Below are positions 38,803-48,602 of a DNA stretch of 64,000 bases, piece by piece. The notes under the pieces are model-generated. The model was not told the DNA's origin. It ran no database searches and worked only from the letters and a program-made list of their open reading frames with translations. The stretch lies in the IMG/VR virus record IMGVR_UViG_3300037502_002993, positions 156,599 through 220,598 of that record. The stretch is one strand, 5' to 3'. The position numbers and the translations under genes were made by a program. Position 1 is the stretch's first letter, and each line of letters starts with the position of its first letter.

Positions 38803-40563
38803 TTAGGGTTTATAGGTCAGTATGCTGAGATACAGCACCCGTGGATTGATACGCTCGGGCTGTCGGCTATTACGCATTGTCTCATCCACCGCGTCCTTAA
38901 TGTCCCGGTCTCGGATGATACCTTCTTCGTTGGGATTTCCACCACACCGCGTGTACCAGGCGGGAAGTGTAGGGACTAGCTCCGGTTGAAGATTCCCTGG
39001 CCACCCCGGACCTTCCCAGCCGCAACCAGGCCAAGGCGTCATGTCCCACTCTTCCCCAAGCCATGGCCATGGCCACGTGCCGCCATGTTCAGGAGGACCG
39101 ATCAAACTCCCCTCCCCCGGACACTGCTCGGTAGTGAGGCGAGTACTGCCCACCCCAAGGCGCTTCAGGTCTTCCAGACTACCTCCACCCAGATACACCC
39201 CAAGAGCAAGCAGTGCTGTGTAAGCCACTGTGGGGTAGCGTCTGAGGCACTGGATGGTTTCCTGATCGATAAAGCTCCAGTCCCGAATCAGTGAGATCTG
39301 GATATGGTAATACTTGGTCAGGTCTAAATCTCGCTGTGCCTCGATAGTGACGGTCCCCGACTCGAAACCTAACTGGATGTCGTTTGCCAGTCGATTGTTC
39401 TCATACAGCCGGAATTCAAAGATTGATTTTCCGGGCGTGAAGAACCGCTCCCCTTGCTGGAAGGCATACTCCAGAAAATACGGCGTAAAGGCAAACGGTC
39501 CCATGTCAGCAAGGTTTAGCAGACGGCGTGGATTGTCGGGATTGATTACCAGCAGTCCAGTGAAGAATGTCAAGCGTCCTTGGGGAATGTCCTTGGGTGA
39601 CCAATCATCGATCTCAGGGTGGTGGATGTAAGGGAGTCCTTGGAACGTAAAGTCATCCAGGAACTTTTCAAAGTTTCCTTTTGTTAAACTCACCTTCCTA
39701 GGGAGTCGCTTAAAGGTCGAGTAGGCTTCGGTGGGTCGAAAGACGCGATCGATAGTGCGGTTGTGGATGAGCATGGGCCACCGACACCAAAGTTGTGTAG
39801 GCCTGGCGTAATGAAGGGTGTAGGAGAAAGAGGCCAGATAAGTACCTGCCTCATTACCTTCCTTCTCCGGTTGGTCAGGGCTATCGGTGAAGTCAAACCA
39901 CCCCAACACTTCATGCTGGTGCTCCTTTACCACACGGCGCCCTTCCGTTCCAATCAACGTAGTGGCGGTGGTAGTGGGTTGTAAGCTGTAGCGGTCCAGG
40001 TACTCCTCGAACGTCTCACCCACAGGAACGGTTGAATCCTCTTTCAATGCGTGAAGGTGTGAGAGAAGTGCCATGATGGGTTCTGGTACAGCGTAATGGT
40101 ACTCCACGTCGTGGTAGAGTTCAGCACGAAGTGCGGAGATTCGGTTTCGCATCTCATCAACCCATCGCTGGGCCTGGGTTTTATTCTCCACTTTGTAATC
40201 AAACGACATCACCATGCGTACCCGACGATACACGGGGGTGAGGAGGATATCACGGCCCGAGTCATGGAAGATCGGGTTGTGCTCTGCCCGATTGACGATG
40301 GTCGTGAGGGTGTCCTGTTCATCAGTCTCTTCAGTAAACCGTACTGTTAACCGCCCTGAGGTGCCTGGAAAGATAATACCGGTATTGTCACAAGGACCAA
40401 AGGTCCCGTTATTCATGGGAATGGTACCGGTGTCCCCAGGTAAGCGAATGGGAGTGTCGACGGGCAGACGCATGGCCTCACCGAGTTGACGCGTCATGGC
40501 AATGGCCACGCGACGAATAACCGACTCGTAGACATCAGGCAGTGGAACAAGGGCATGTGGCAT
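38803..40563 (-). CDS. Virion structural protein (gp98 position)
   Basis: 586 aa; synteny; W/P/G-rich C-terminal segment. Confidence 0.6.
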   Translation of the reverse strand: MPHALVPLPDVYESVIRRVAIAMTRQLGEAMRLPVDTPIRLPGDTGTIPMNNGTFGPCDNTGIIFPGTSGRLTVRFTEETDEQDTLTTIVNRAEHNPIFHDSGRDILLTPVYRRVRMVMSFDYKVENKTQAQRWVDEMRNRISALRAELYHDVEYHYAVPEPIMALLSHLHALKEDSTVPVGETFEEYLDRYSLQPTTTATTLIGTEGRRVVKEHQHEVLGWFDFTDSPDQPEKEGNEAGTYLASFSYTLHYARPTQLWCRWPMLIHNRTIDRVFRPTEAYSTFKRLPRKVSLTKGNFEKFLDDFTFQGLPYIHHPEIDDWSPKDIPQGRLTFFTGLLVINPDNPRRLLNLADMGPFAFTPYFLEYAFQQGERFFTPGKSIFEFRLYENNRLANDIQLGFESGTVTIEAQRDLDLTKYYHIQISLIRDWSFIDQETIQCLRRYPTVAYTALLALGVYLGGGSLEDLKRLGVGSTRLTTEQCPGEGSLIGPPEHGGTWPWPWLGEEWDMTPWPGCGWEGPGWPGNLQPELVPTLPAWYTRCGGNPNEEGIIRDRDIKDAVDETMRNSRQPERINPRVLYLSILTYKP

Positions 40564-40679
40564 GGGAGACTCCCTAAGGGGGCGGTGGTAATTGTCATTG
40601 GATTAGCCCAACGCGTCTCCCTGAGACGGCATATTGGCACTCCCAAGCGGGAGTGCCAATAACAGCTGCGACGAAGACG

Positions 40680-42023
40680 TTAGCTTTCCTGCTTCTTCAG
40701 TTGAGTGACGCCCTTCTTGGCGAACTTCACCAGACTCTTCTGAGAGGAGAGGCTACGGATGGCCATCTCGTTGACAAACGGGATAAATACCCAGGCGTAG
40801 GTGTGGGCCCAGTTCAGCAGACGAGCTCGCTGGCGAGCCGCCAGGAAGAACCACCCCACATTACCGCCGCGTTGAACCTCAGGACGGGAGTTGACGATGA
40901 CGGTGTTCAGCTCCTTGCCGGTTTTCTTGGTTTGCTCGGCCATGAAGATGGCATTGCTCTTCACCTCCTGGAGCAACTTCACCAGCATGCCTTTATCGAC
41001 CTTGACCGCCTTCTCACCTCCCTTGACCTCTACCTTCTCACGCACTGGCAGATGGGCCAGGACGGCGCCAGTGGGATCAAGTACATCTACACGCGGATCG
41101 GAATCGGTCCGCACCTTGTACTTGACGTTACCGAACAGACCCGTACCTTTGAGGATGGTGTCGCCCATCGCGGCTTCGGGAGTCTTGGCCGGTATCTTCT
41201 GATGAATCAACTTCTTGAGTTCATCTACCGAAGAGATCTTACGGGACTCTTCGATGGTATTGAAGATAGCCGTGTGATAGCTGACCGCCGACTTCAGGTA
41301 GGTACCGAATACCCAGTTCATGGTGGCGCGTTCTTTCTTGACGCCATCGACCAGGTTCGAGGGGATATCACCCCCCATTGAGAGCGCTTTGCGCATACCG
41401 CCGCTCAGTTTGACCTCAACACTGCCCGACGGAAGGGCGTTGAGCTCACTGATCATGACGTCGCACTGCGTGACTACGGCTTGGAACTTCTTCACGCGAG
41501 AATTGTCTACCAGCTTCCCAACAAACTCACTGAGTTTACGGGAAACCACACCTGACTGACGGTTGGTGGTGTCGCTTACGTAATCCTCAAGTGCTGCGAC
41601 CACCTTACCGTAGTACACCTCCAGGTCATCACTGGAATAGTCCTCGAACGACGGTACCTCTTGAGCACCCAGTACCTCGCCGTACTGTTTGATGGCCTGG
41701 TCAGCAAATGCAGCCAGTTGCGGGGAGAACTGATGATTCTCCAGGCCAAACCGGAAGACAGCGAGCATGCGGTCAAAACTCTCAACCGCAACGCCCACCT
41801 CCTCGTTGAAGCGCTCTACCTCCTCAACGGCGCGCTCTTGCTCAACCTCACTGGTGTTGAGGTCCTCAAGAAGTTCTTCGGCTTCCTCCAGTTCGTCTTC
41901 GGTCACATCCCGCACTTCCGGGACTTCCACTTCCGGTACAGGAAGCTCATCAGGAGAAACGTCATTGCTGGTTACGGACTCGTGGTAATCTTCCAGTGAA
42001 AGGTAGCGTTCGAGCAGGCTCAT
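40680..42023 (-). CDS. Internal head protein with acidic propeptide
   Basis: E/D-rich N-terminus with SLE, AVE, GLE, SFE, ALE sites; basic mature region. Confidence 0.7.
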   Translation of the reverse strand: MSLLERYLSLEDYHESVTSNDVSPDELPVPEVEVPEVRDVTEDELEEAEELLEDLNTSEVEQERAVEEVERFNEEVGVAVESFDRMLAVFRFGLENHQFSPQLAAFADQAIKQYGEVLGAQEVPSFEDYSSDDLEVYYGKVVAALEDYVSDTTNRQSGVVSRKLSEFVGKLVDNSRVKKFQAVVTQCDVMISELNALPSGSVEVKLSGGMRKALSMGGDIPSNLVDGVKKERATMNWVFGTYLKSAVSYHTAIFNTIEESRKISSVDELKKLIHQKIPAKTPEAAMGDTILKGTGLFGNVKYKVRTDSDPRVDVLDPTGAVLAHLPVREKVEVKGGEKAVKVDKGMLVKLLQEVKSNAIFMAEQTKKTGKELNTVIVNSRPEVQRGGNVGWFFLAARQRARLLNWAHTYAWVFIPFVNEMAIRSLSSQKSLVKFAKKGVTQLKKQES

Positions 42024-42095
42024 TGTCACATTCCTTTTAACGATAGACAGTCATGGGGATTTTCATGGCCATGAAAACCATACGATTATCAGATA

Positions 42096-43286
42096 TCACC
42101 GACGCCAGTTTTCAAGACACAGTCGCACACAGCCTCGGTTCATGGTCAGAAGACTACCGTAGAAACCATGGTAGGGGGTACTGATCCAATTGACCGCCGT
42201 ACGTACTACTGACGCAATCTCCGTCAGGTGCTTCTCCTCATCAGGCGCTACACTCACCGTAGCAAGTTGTTGCGCGACCTTCTCAAGAGCCTTAATGAGA
42301 TCTTCAACTTCGCTGTTCTTGGTGTTACCGGCAAGCTTTGCGGTATTGTCGCAGAAGCTCCCCACGTCTTTCAGTAACCGCTCTGCGGTGGTGAAACCAA
42401 ACCGATTGAAATTGACCTGACTTGGGATTTTACTGAATCGCTGGGTTTCTCTTACCATCTTCACCCGAGTATGGGAGAAGGAGGCCAGTTCACCCGTCTC
42501 ACGGGTGGTAAGCTGTAACGTAAGGCTTGACAGGAGGGGATCTGAGGTGTAGGTGGTCTCACTGCCCTGTGTGCCCTTCAGGATGGATCGGTTCAGCTGA
42601 GCGGGGGTGGCGGCCGCTAGGATACTACTCACCCGTTCCACTTGAGTGGGCTGTCGCACAACGGCCTGTAGGACTGACACCAAGCGTCTCATCTCAGGAA
42701 GCAGCGTCTTGTAATAATACTCAAAGAATTTATGGGCAACGGAACTGGTCAGTTGGTAGTGATTGATCAGAATGGGAAGGTCGGTGATCGGACGGTTTCG
42801 GTGGGACAGAGCACGAACATGGGTCTTCAGCAGGAACGTATTGCCCTCAGGGGGTGGGACCCCCCGCAGCGAGGCGCGCACGCGGTTGGCCTCAAACGAA
42901 AGGACCTGAAGTTGACGCATGCTTTGAGATTCAAAGACCTGGTAGAGCCATTTCAATACCTTAGCCACCCAGGAGGCCAGTCCTTTTACCCCACTCCATG
43001 CCACGCTGCCGATGCCCTCACTGCCAATGGCGGGAAAGGTCTGATCAGGAAGATCAAACGCCGGCATGGGAGGGTAAGTCTCTAGCGTGATATCATCAAA
43101 CAATGAGGCCAATCCTACACCCCTGGGCTCGCGAGGTTGAAGGGCAATCGGCTCTCCGTGTTGATCTTTCTCCACCTTAACGGACCACGGGTCCAGCTTC
43201 GGGATGTAAAAGGCATCCAACTCTTCCTGCTTGGGAATCCGCAACTCCCCGTTCTCATCCTCAAGCCAGTGCTTAATTCGGGACAT
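42096..43286 (-). CDS. Internal head protein paralog
   Basis: ATG 43286 with AGGAGG SD; IGSEG site followed by an amphipathic helix. Confidence 0.65.
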   Translation of the reverse strand: MSRIKHWLEDENGELRIPKQEELDAFYIPKLDPWSVKVEKDQHGEPIALQPREPRGVGLASLFDDITLETYPPMPAFDLPDQTFPAIGSEGIGSVAWSGVKGLASWVAKVLKWLYQVFESQSMRQLQVLSFEANRVRASLRGVPPPEGNTFLLKTHVRALSHRNRPITDLPILINHYQLTSSVAHKFFEYYYKTLLPEMRRLVSVLQAVVRQPTQVERVSSILAAATPAQLNRSILKGTQGSETTYTSDPLLSSLTLQLTTRETGELASFSHTRVKMVRETQRFSKIPSQVNFNRFGFTTAERLLKDVGSFCDNTAKLAGNTKNSEVEDLIKALEKVAQQLATVSVAPDEEKHLTEIASVVRTAVNWISTPYHGFYGSLLTMNRGCVRLCLENWRR

Positions 43287-43374
43287 GGTATCCCTCCTTG
43301 TGACAAAAGCGGAATAACAGTCGCCCCGAAGGGCGACTGCCAGTACTGACACGTACTGCCGTAAATACGGAAGA

Positions 43375-44769
43375 TTATGCCTGAGGAGCCGGAAGGGCGC
43401 CAGCTGTACCCTCTTCCTTCTTCTCGCCGTCACCGCCTTTACCGTAGGCAGCAAGCTGTTGCTCGACCAGACGCAGTTGAGCCGCCATGGTGGAGGTGGC
43501 CAGTGCCAGACCCTTGTGGGACGGACCGTGCAGGATCTTCTTGGTGTGGGTCAGGGCCTTGATGACCAGGGACGCTGCACTGTTGGCGGCGGTGTCTTCA
43601 CCGGCACCACGGCTGGTGATGGCCTCGCCTGCGGTCTTGAGAGCACCCAGGGCTTCTTTCATGTCCGCCTTGTTGGACATGTCAGAGATCTGCTTGGAGA
43701 AGTTGGCGATCTTACTGGCGGTGCTGGCCAGTGCGGTGGGTGCCTGAATGCCCACGGGCTTCTTACCGCTCTCCACGGCCTTGGCACCGGTTACCGGATA
43801 GACACCGGTGTGGACCTTACCGATCACCCCCAGGATGGACTTGCCCTTCTCGTCCTTTTGGATCAGGGCCTTGGAGGGCAGCACCACATAGAAGGCTTTG
43901 TTGCCCGGCATGATTTGCTTGGTGCGGTAAGCCACGCTGTCTTTCCAGCGCTTACCAACTTCGTCACCAGAGACGGATTCGAACTGAGCACCCGGAGAGT
44001 AGTTGCCCAGACGCTCCACCACCTTGGCCAGGCCGTCGTAGAAAGACTCGGACTTGGGATCGAGACCGGCAGCCGCTTGTGCCAGCTCCTTGACGTAGGC
44101 GTTAGTGGCACGCACCTGATCCTGACCCACCGCGCGGGCAAAGTTCATGGCATCATCGATATCGACACCCTTGCCATCTGCGGTAATGCCGGCGGTGTCC
44201 ACCTCGATGCTGTTCTTGCTGGCAGTGCCTTTGGTTGCAGCGGCTTTCGCGGCGACTTTGGTGGCACGCTGGTGCAGGCGGAAGGCACCGTCAGTGATGG
44301 TCTTGGCAATCTCTTTGGCCTTCTCGGCGATAAAGGCGAGCAGACGCTTGAGTCCTTCCCACAGTTTGGTCAGGGTATTGCCGCCCTCTTCGAGGGACAC
44401 CTGAGTGGCGTGCAGCTGAGAAGAGGTACCGCCGAAGGATTCGACAGAGGCGACGATGGGCTTCTCCAGACCGAGCTTCTGCTCCCAGGACTCGATACCC
44501 ACTCGGATGGCAGCAGCGGTCATCGGGGTGATGCCGCCGTTCTCGGCACCCAGCTGCATCAGCTCAACGTAGCCTTCGATGGCGGCGTGGGCTTCCACCA
44601 GGTCGTTGTAGTCACGATCGGCCTCGTCCAGAGACTCGACGGCGGCATGGATCGGCGCCATGATGTCGCCAATGTTCTCAGACTCAATGGAGACGTTCTC
44701 CAGGTCAGCGTCGGTGAAACCCTCAAGAGAGCCGGTTTCGAGGTACTTGCGAGTTGCTTGGGTCAGCAT
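43375..44769 (-). CDS. Abundant internal head (inner body) protein, gp93 family
   Basis: Many S/A/G-x-E sites in the first ~130 aa; strong codon bias. Confidence 0.75.
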   Translation of the reverse strand: MLTQATRKYLETGSLEGFTDADLENVSIESENIGDIMAPIHAAVESLDEADRDYNDLVEAHAAIEGYVELMQLGAENGGITPMTAAAIRVGIESWEQKLGLEKPIVASVESFGGTSSQLHATQVSLEEGGNTLTKLWEGLKRLLAFIAEKAKEIAKTITDGAFRLHQRATKVAAKAAATKGTASKNSIEVDTAGITADGKGVDIDDAMNFARAVGQDQVRATNAYVKELAQAAAGLDPKSESFYDGLAKVVERLGNYSPGAQFESVSGDEVGKRWKDSVAYRTKQIMPGNKAFYVVLPSKALIQKDEKGKSILGVIGKVHTGVYPVTGAKAVESGKKPVGIQAPTALASTASKIANFSKQISDMSNKADMKEALGALKTAGEAITSRGAGEDTAANSAASLVIKALTHTKKILHGPSHKGLALATSTMAAQLRLVEQQLAAYGKGGDGEKKEEGTAGALPAPQA

Positions 44770-44818
44770 GGAATATACTCCAGTTCAGTTTTGCAAAACG
44801 AGGTCGCGCTCTCCGGAG

Positions 44819-45331
44819 CTACCGGACAGTTTTTGTGACGTCCCCAAAGATAACGTTGAGACTAACCATCATATCGTCAACCCCGCCGGGATGACTGCAC
44901 CACTTTTGGATCATCTCATCAAACGACATGTCCAGAAGATCGTGTTGCTTCAGATAATCGCGAATGCCAGAGCGCTCTGAAACATCCATAGCTTTCGCGG
45001 GTTGGTGGTTCACCAGCTGCAGCCAGGAAAACACCCCAATATGACGACGCCCTTCCACGATAAAACGTAAGGTATCAATCAGGAAATCGTAGTTATAATC
45101 CTGAAGCTCTTCATTACGATCTTGCTTCAGGAAAAACCCCCGCATGTACTTACGCGCAACCGCTAACACCTTACGACGAAATACCCAGGTTTGAGAACGG
45201 ATCTCTTGACCGGTGTACTCGCTCCAAAGAGCCACCACCTCAGGAACCCCCTCGACTACCTGGGTGTCATATTGAGTGGGGGATTGTCCCCCGCTGTACT
45301 CTCGGGGAAACTGCTTCACTACATTCGGCAT
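44819..45331 (-). CDS. Conserved hypothetical protein (gp91 position)
   Basis: Operon position; WCSHPGGVDDM. Confidence 0.6.
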   Translation of the reverse strand: MPNVVKQFPREYSGGQSPTQYDTQVVEGVPEVVALWSEYTGQEIRSQTWVFRRKVLAVARKYMRGFFLKQDRNEELQDYNYDFLIDTLRFIVEGRRHIGVFSWLQLVNHQPAKAMDVSERSGIRDYLKQHDLLDMSFDEMIQKWCSHPGGVDDMMVSLNVIFGDVTKTVR

Positions 45332-45348
45332 CATAACACCAGTCTCCC

Positions 45349-46284
45349 TTAGTAAGCGTAGTCGTCGTCAGAATAGGCATTCTCTTCTTCGAACTTAAGA
45401 ATCTGGTAATCCAGTTTCTCAATACGCTTTTCGGTGTGGTCGATCAGCTTCTGCAGTCGGGGAGAGGCCTTACCGGTGTCGTTCAGTTCTCTCCACTCCT
45501 GAAGGCGCAGCTGGAGCGCTTCAAGCGTCTCCTTACGCTCCTTATGCTTCTTCACCTGGCGCTCCGCCGCTACACGCCCAAGCGCGTAGATGGGATTACG
45601 CAGCCGGATGGTCGCGGAGTGCTCAAGGCCCACCGCACCAAAGAGCTCAGCTGGATCGGTTCCAGCACGCCCGAGGGACTTCACTGCCACGTCGTAGGTA
45701 TCTTCCGACACCTCGGCACTGCTTATCCCACTGAGGACCTTCTGGAACTCATTAACCGTAAGCGACATGACCCGATACAGGCGGATGTAGTCTGCCTGGT
45801 TCTCCTGGAGCCAGCTGACCTGCCCTTTGGAGAAGCCATTCGGCGCGGCATTGCCCTTAGCGGCATTCTCACTGTAGAGCAGAAAGTGAAGGAGCTTGAA
45901 GGAGTAGTCGGCATAGAACTCAGCCGCTTCCACGAAACGCAGCAGTGCCGCTCGGTCAAAGGTTACCGTGCGGTTGGTGATCTGCATACCGAACTTGCGC
46001 TTGATCTCCTTCTCTGCGGTATTAAGATGGCCCTCCAGGTGCTCCAGGGATTCCAGGATCAACTGGACTGGACTGCCGTCATAACGCACATGGCGATCAA
46101 ACGCCTTGGCGATGGCATTGCCATAGTCAGAGGCGAAGGGTCGGTAGTTCAGCACCGAGGCAATCAGTCTGACATTCTCAAGGCCGCCGCCCTGAAGGCC
46201 CTCACGCACCTGATACAGTACGGAGAGAACCTCCCGGCGCTCAAACACCGCCGGGAGTCGTTTGGTGTACTGAAAGATCTTCAT
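45349..46284 (-). CDS. Head protein (gp90 position)
   Basis: GGGAG SD, C-terminal coiled coil; synteny. Confidence 0.65.
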   Translation of the reverse strand: MKIFQYTKRLPAVFERREVLSVLYQVREGLQGGGLENVRLIASVLNYRPFASDYGNAIAKAFDRHVRYDGSPVQLILESLEHLEGHLNTAEKEIKRKFGMQITNRTVTFDRAALLRFVEAAEFYADYSFKLLHFLLYSENAAKGNAAPNGFSKGQVSWLQENQADYIRLYRVMSLTVNEFQKVLSGISSAEVSEDTYDVAVKSLGRAGTDPAELFGAVGLEHSATIRLRNPIYALGRVAAERQVKKHKERKETLEALQLRLQEWRELNDTGKASPRLQKLIDHTEKRIEKLDYQILKFEEENAYSDDDYAY

Positions 46285-46297
46285 TGAAAACTCCCGG

Positions 46298-47497
46298 TTA
46301 GATGGAAACTGAAGCGCCCTGCATGTACGCTTTCAGAAACTCGGTAATGTCCGGACCTTTGCCCTTTTCCGAGACCTTCAGTTCACGGAAGGAAGCTTCG
46401 GTGGGTTGTTCCAGACCGCGGTGATAAATGGTCACCCGCTCCCAACGCTCGTCGACCACCACCATCAGCAGAAGGTAGGACTCATCGAACAGGCGCTTGC
46501 GCGTACGACTGGAGGAGAGTTTACCGCCCATCTCACGCTCGACAGCACGAGCGGTCTCGGTGGAGATCACCGCCACATTAGAGGCATCTGCCATGGAAGG
46601 GGTACCTGAGGCATAAGCACTGCTCAGGTTGCGCTTACGGCGCTCCGTCATGGTCAGGTAAACGTTGGAGGTGTCATTGACCAGAGCCTTACGGTGCTGA
46701 TCGATCAGATCAGAGGCAAAGATCAGGTCTTTGACAAACGAGATCTGCCCGGCACGCCACAGGTGGTAGCGCTCCTTTACTCCTTGATTCTTGGCGGTTG
46801 CCGTCAAGATATGAACCAGGGTGGGGGAAGGAATGCGGGTCGGCAGTAGCCGGAACTGCACCGGAATGCGTCCTTTATTTTTTCCATCAGTTAGTTCGAC
46901 AGAGATCAGCTTTCCAAGCGTAAGACTTGGAATCTCATAGAACTTACTGACGTCCCCACTGTCCACACCCACGGATGTGCCCTTAGGGGCCTCTTCCTCA
47001 CTCTCCTGCGACACTACCTCACCACCCACTTCCACGACGAGGTTGTGTTCCATGGGTTGGTTAAAGCTTTCAAGGGACGGAAGACCGAAAGCATAACTCT
47101 CTTTTGAGAACACCGCATCCTTGACGTTACTGCCGACCGTATTACTGCGATTCGGATTCAGAGCATCCAGAAGTCGCAGGGTGTCCAGACGGCCGACATT
47201 GGTGCCCAGCATAGTCGCTGCTTGCATCCAATAGCCGATAAAGATCGACAGGGTGGTTTTCATGACATCCGTCATGTGTTCCGGGGTCGGCCCGGGCGGC
47301 ACCAGTGATTGATCCACCAATACCAGGGGTTCGACACGAGCTGGACGACCGACATCAGCCAGTGAGCTTACGCTCTGTCCGCTCAGTATCAGAGATGCCG
47401 CTTTGGCAAGCGTCGGCATGGCGGCGGTTTTGGCATCGCCTCCCATTTCCTTCGCCAGCCCTTTGGCGTCTGTATACACAGCAGCACTTAGGGACAT
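46298..47497 (-). CDS. Head/inner-body protein (gp89 position)
   Basis: PARVEPLVLVD, SLE/SQE sites, KGKGPDITEFLKAY. Confidence 0.7.
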   Translation of the reverse strand: MSLSAAVYTDAKGLAKEMGGDAKTAAMPTLAKAASLILSGQSVSSLADVGRPARVEPLVLVDQSLVPPGPTPEHMTDVMKTTLSIFIGYWMQAATMLGTNVGRLDTLRLLDALNPNRSNTVGSNVKDAVFSKESYAFGLPSLESFNQPMEHNLVVEVGGEVVSQESEEEAPKGTSVGVDSGDVSKFYEIPSLTLGKLISVELTDGKNKGRIPVQFRLLPTRIPSPTLVHILTATAKNQGVKERYHLWRAGQISFVKDLIFASDLIDQHRKALVNDTSNVYLTMTERRKRNLSSAYASGTPSMADASNVAVISTETARAVEREMGGKLSSSRTRKRLFDESYLLLMVVVDERWERVTIYHRGLEQPTEASFRELKVSEKGKGPDITEFLKAYMQGASVSI

Positions 47498-47534
47498 AAT
47501 TAAGTTTCCTTTTTAACCGTTCAGGAGTTGTTCA

Positions 47535-48602
47535 ATGGACACACCCAGAGACGTCGATGCGTATCTCAACGCGATTCGGCGCAATGTCGGTCAGGCCAAT
47601 CTCAATAAGCAAGCCTCGGATACCCTCTTTGGGCTTAACATCACCCAGCGAAATGCATCACTACCCGCCAATACCGAGAACCACGGGTATACCTTCTTTA
47701 CCCGGCCATTGATGAATATGTCATACGATAACCTGGCCGTAGATCGCGTGCTATCGAGTTTGCTGGCCAGTGAAGAAGACAGTATCCAACGTACCATCCG
47801 GGGGTACTTCGATCCACGTCATGTAAAATCGCAATACAGCAACTTCACTACCAAAGGGGTGGACAACAAACTGGCCTTTATTCCCTTACTGTCGAACAAC
47901 CTCATCAGTCTATCCGGTTGGCCGGATTTCACCCTGAACACTAAGACCGACTCCCCTGGGATTTATCGTGAAGCGTACTCGTACGTTGATGACATTCCTT
48001 ACAACTACGAGACCAATGACGTTGTCGCAACCTTTCGTAATTTAACAGGGGACCCCATCTCATTTATGATGTTGATGTGGGGATGGTACATTGGCCTGGC
48101 TTATGAAGGGCGGATTATGCCCTATCCTGACCTTGTGATGCTCAACGAGATTGACTATCACACCCGTATTTACCGGTTGGTCATGGACCGAACCCGTACC
48201 TACGTTTCGCGCATTGCGGCCTGCGGGGCCGCCTTCCCGATCACTGCCCCGATTGGGAACATCTTTAACTTTGAAGGCGATGGGTCACAATCCCCGTTCG
48301 GTACCGTGGATGATCAGATCAGCGTCAACTTCCGCTATATGGGCTTTACCTATTACGATAACATTCTGATCCATGAATTCAATACCACGGTGTCTAATTT
48401 TAATCCCGACATGCGAGACTCATTGCGCAGTGGGAACATGGTAAAACTCAAGCACTTTGAAAAGAACTATTTCCAACGCTACGCCTATCCGCATATCAAC
48501 GAAGAGACCCTTGAACTGGAGTGGTGGGTCGATAAAGACTATTATACCTTCCAGATCCAAGGACTTACCCGAGACACCGTCACTGGGGAGCCGATGTCAT
48601 GA
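47535..48602 (+). CDS. Tail/baseplate structural protein (gp88 position)
   Basis: GYTFFTRP..N, FIPLLSN...SGWPD, EIDYHTRIYRLVMD. Confidence 0.65.
   Translation: MDTPRDVDAYLNAIRRNVGQANLNKQASDTLFGLNITQRNASLPANTENHGYTFFTRPLMNMSYDNLAVDRVLSSLLASEEDSIQRTIRGYFDPRHVKSQYSNFTTKGVDNKLAFIPLLSNNLISLSGWPDFTLNTKTDSPGIYREAYSYVDDIPYNYETNDVVATFRNLTGDPISFMMLMWGWYIGLAYEGRIMPYPDLVMLNEIDYHTRIYRLVMDRTRTYVSRIAACGAAFPITAPIGNIFNFEGDGSQSPFGTVDDQISVNFRYMGFTYYDNILIHEFNTTVSNFNPDMRDSLRSGNMVKLKHFEKNYFQRYAYPHINEETLELEWWVDKDYYTFQIQGLTRDTVTGEPMS

Noticed and set aside
43459-46287. Antisense ORFs of 459 and 283 aa opposite head genes
   Set aside because: Same codon-bias artefact.
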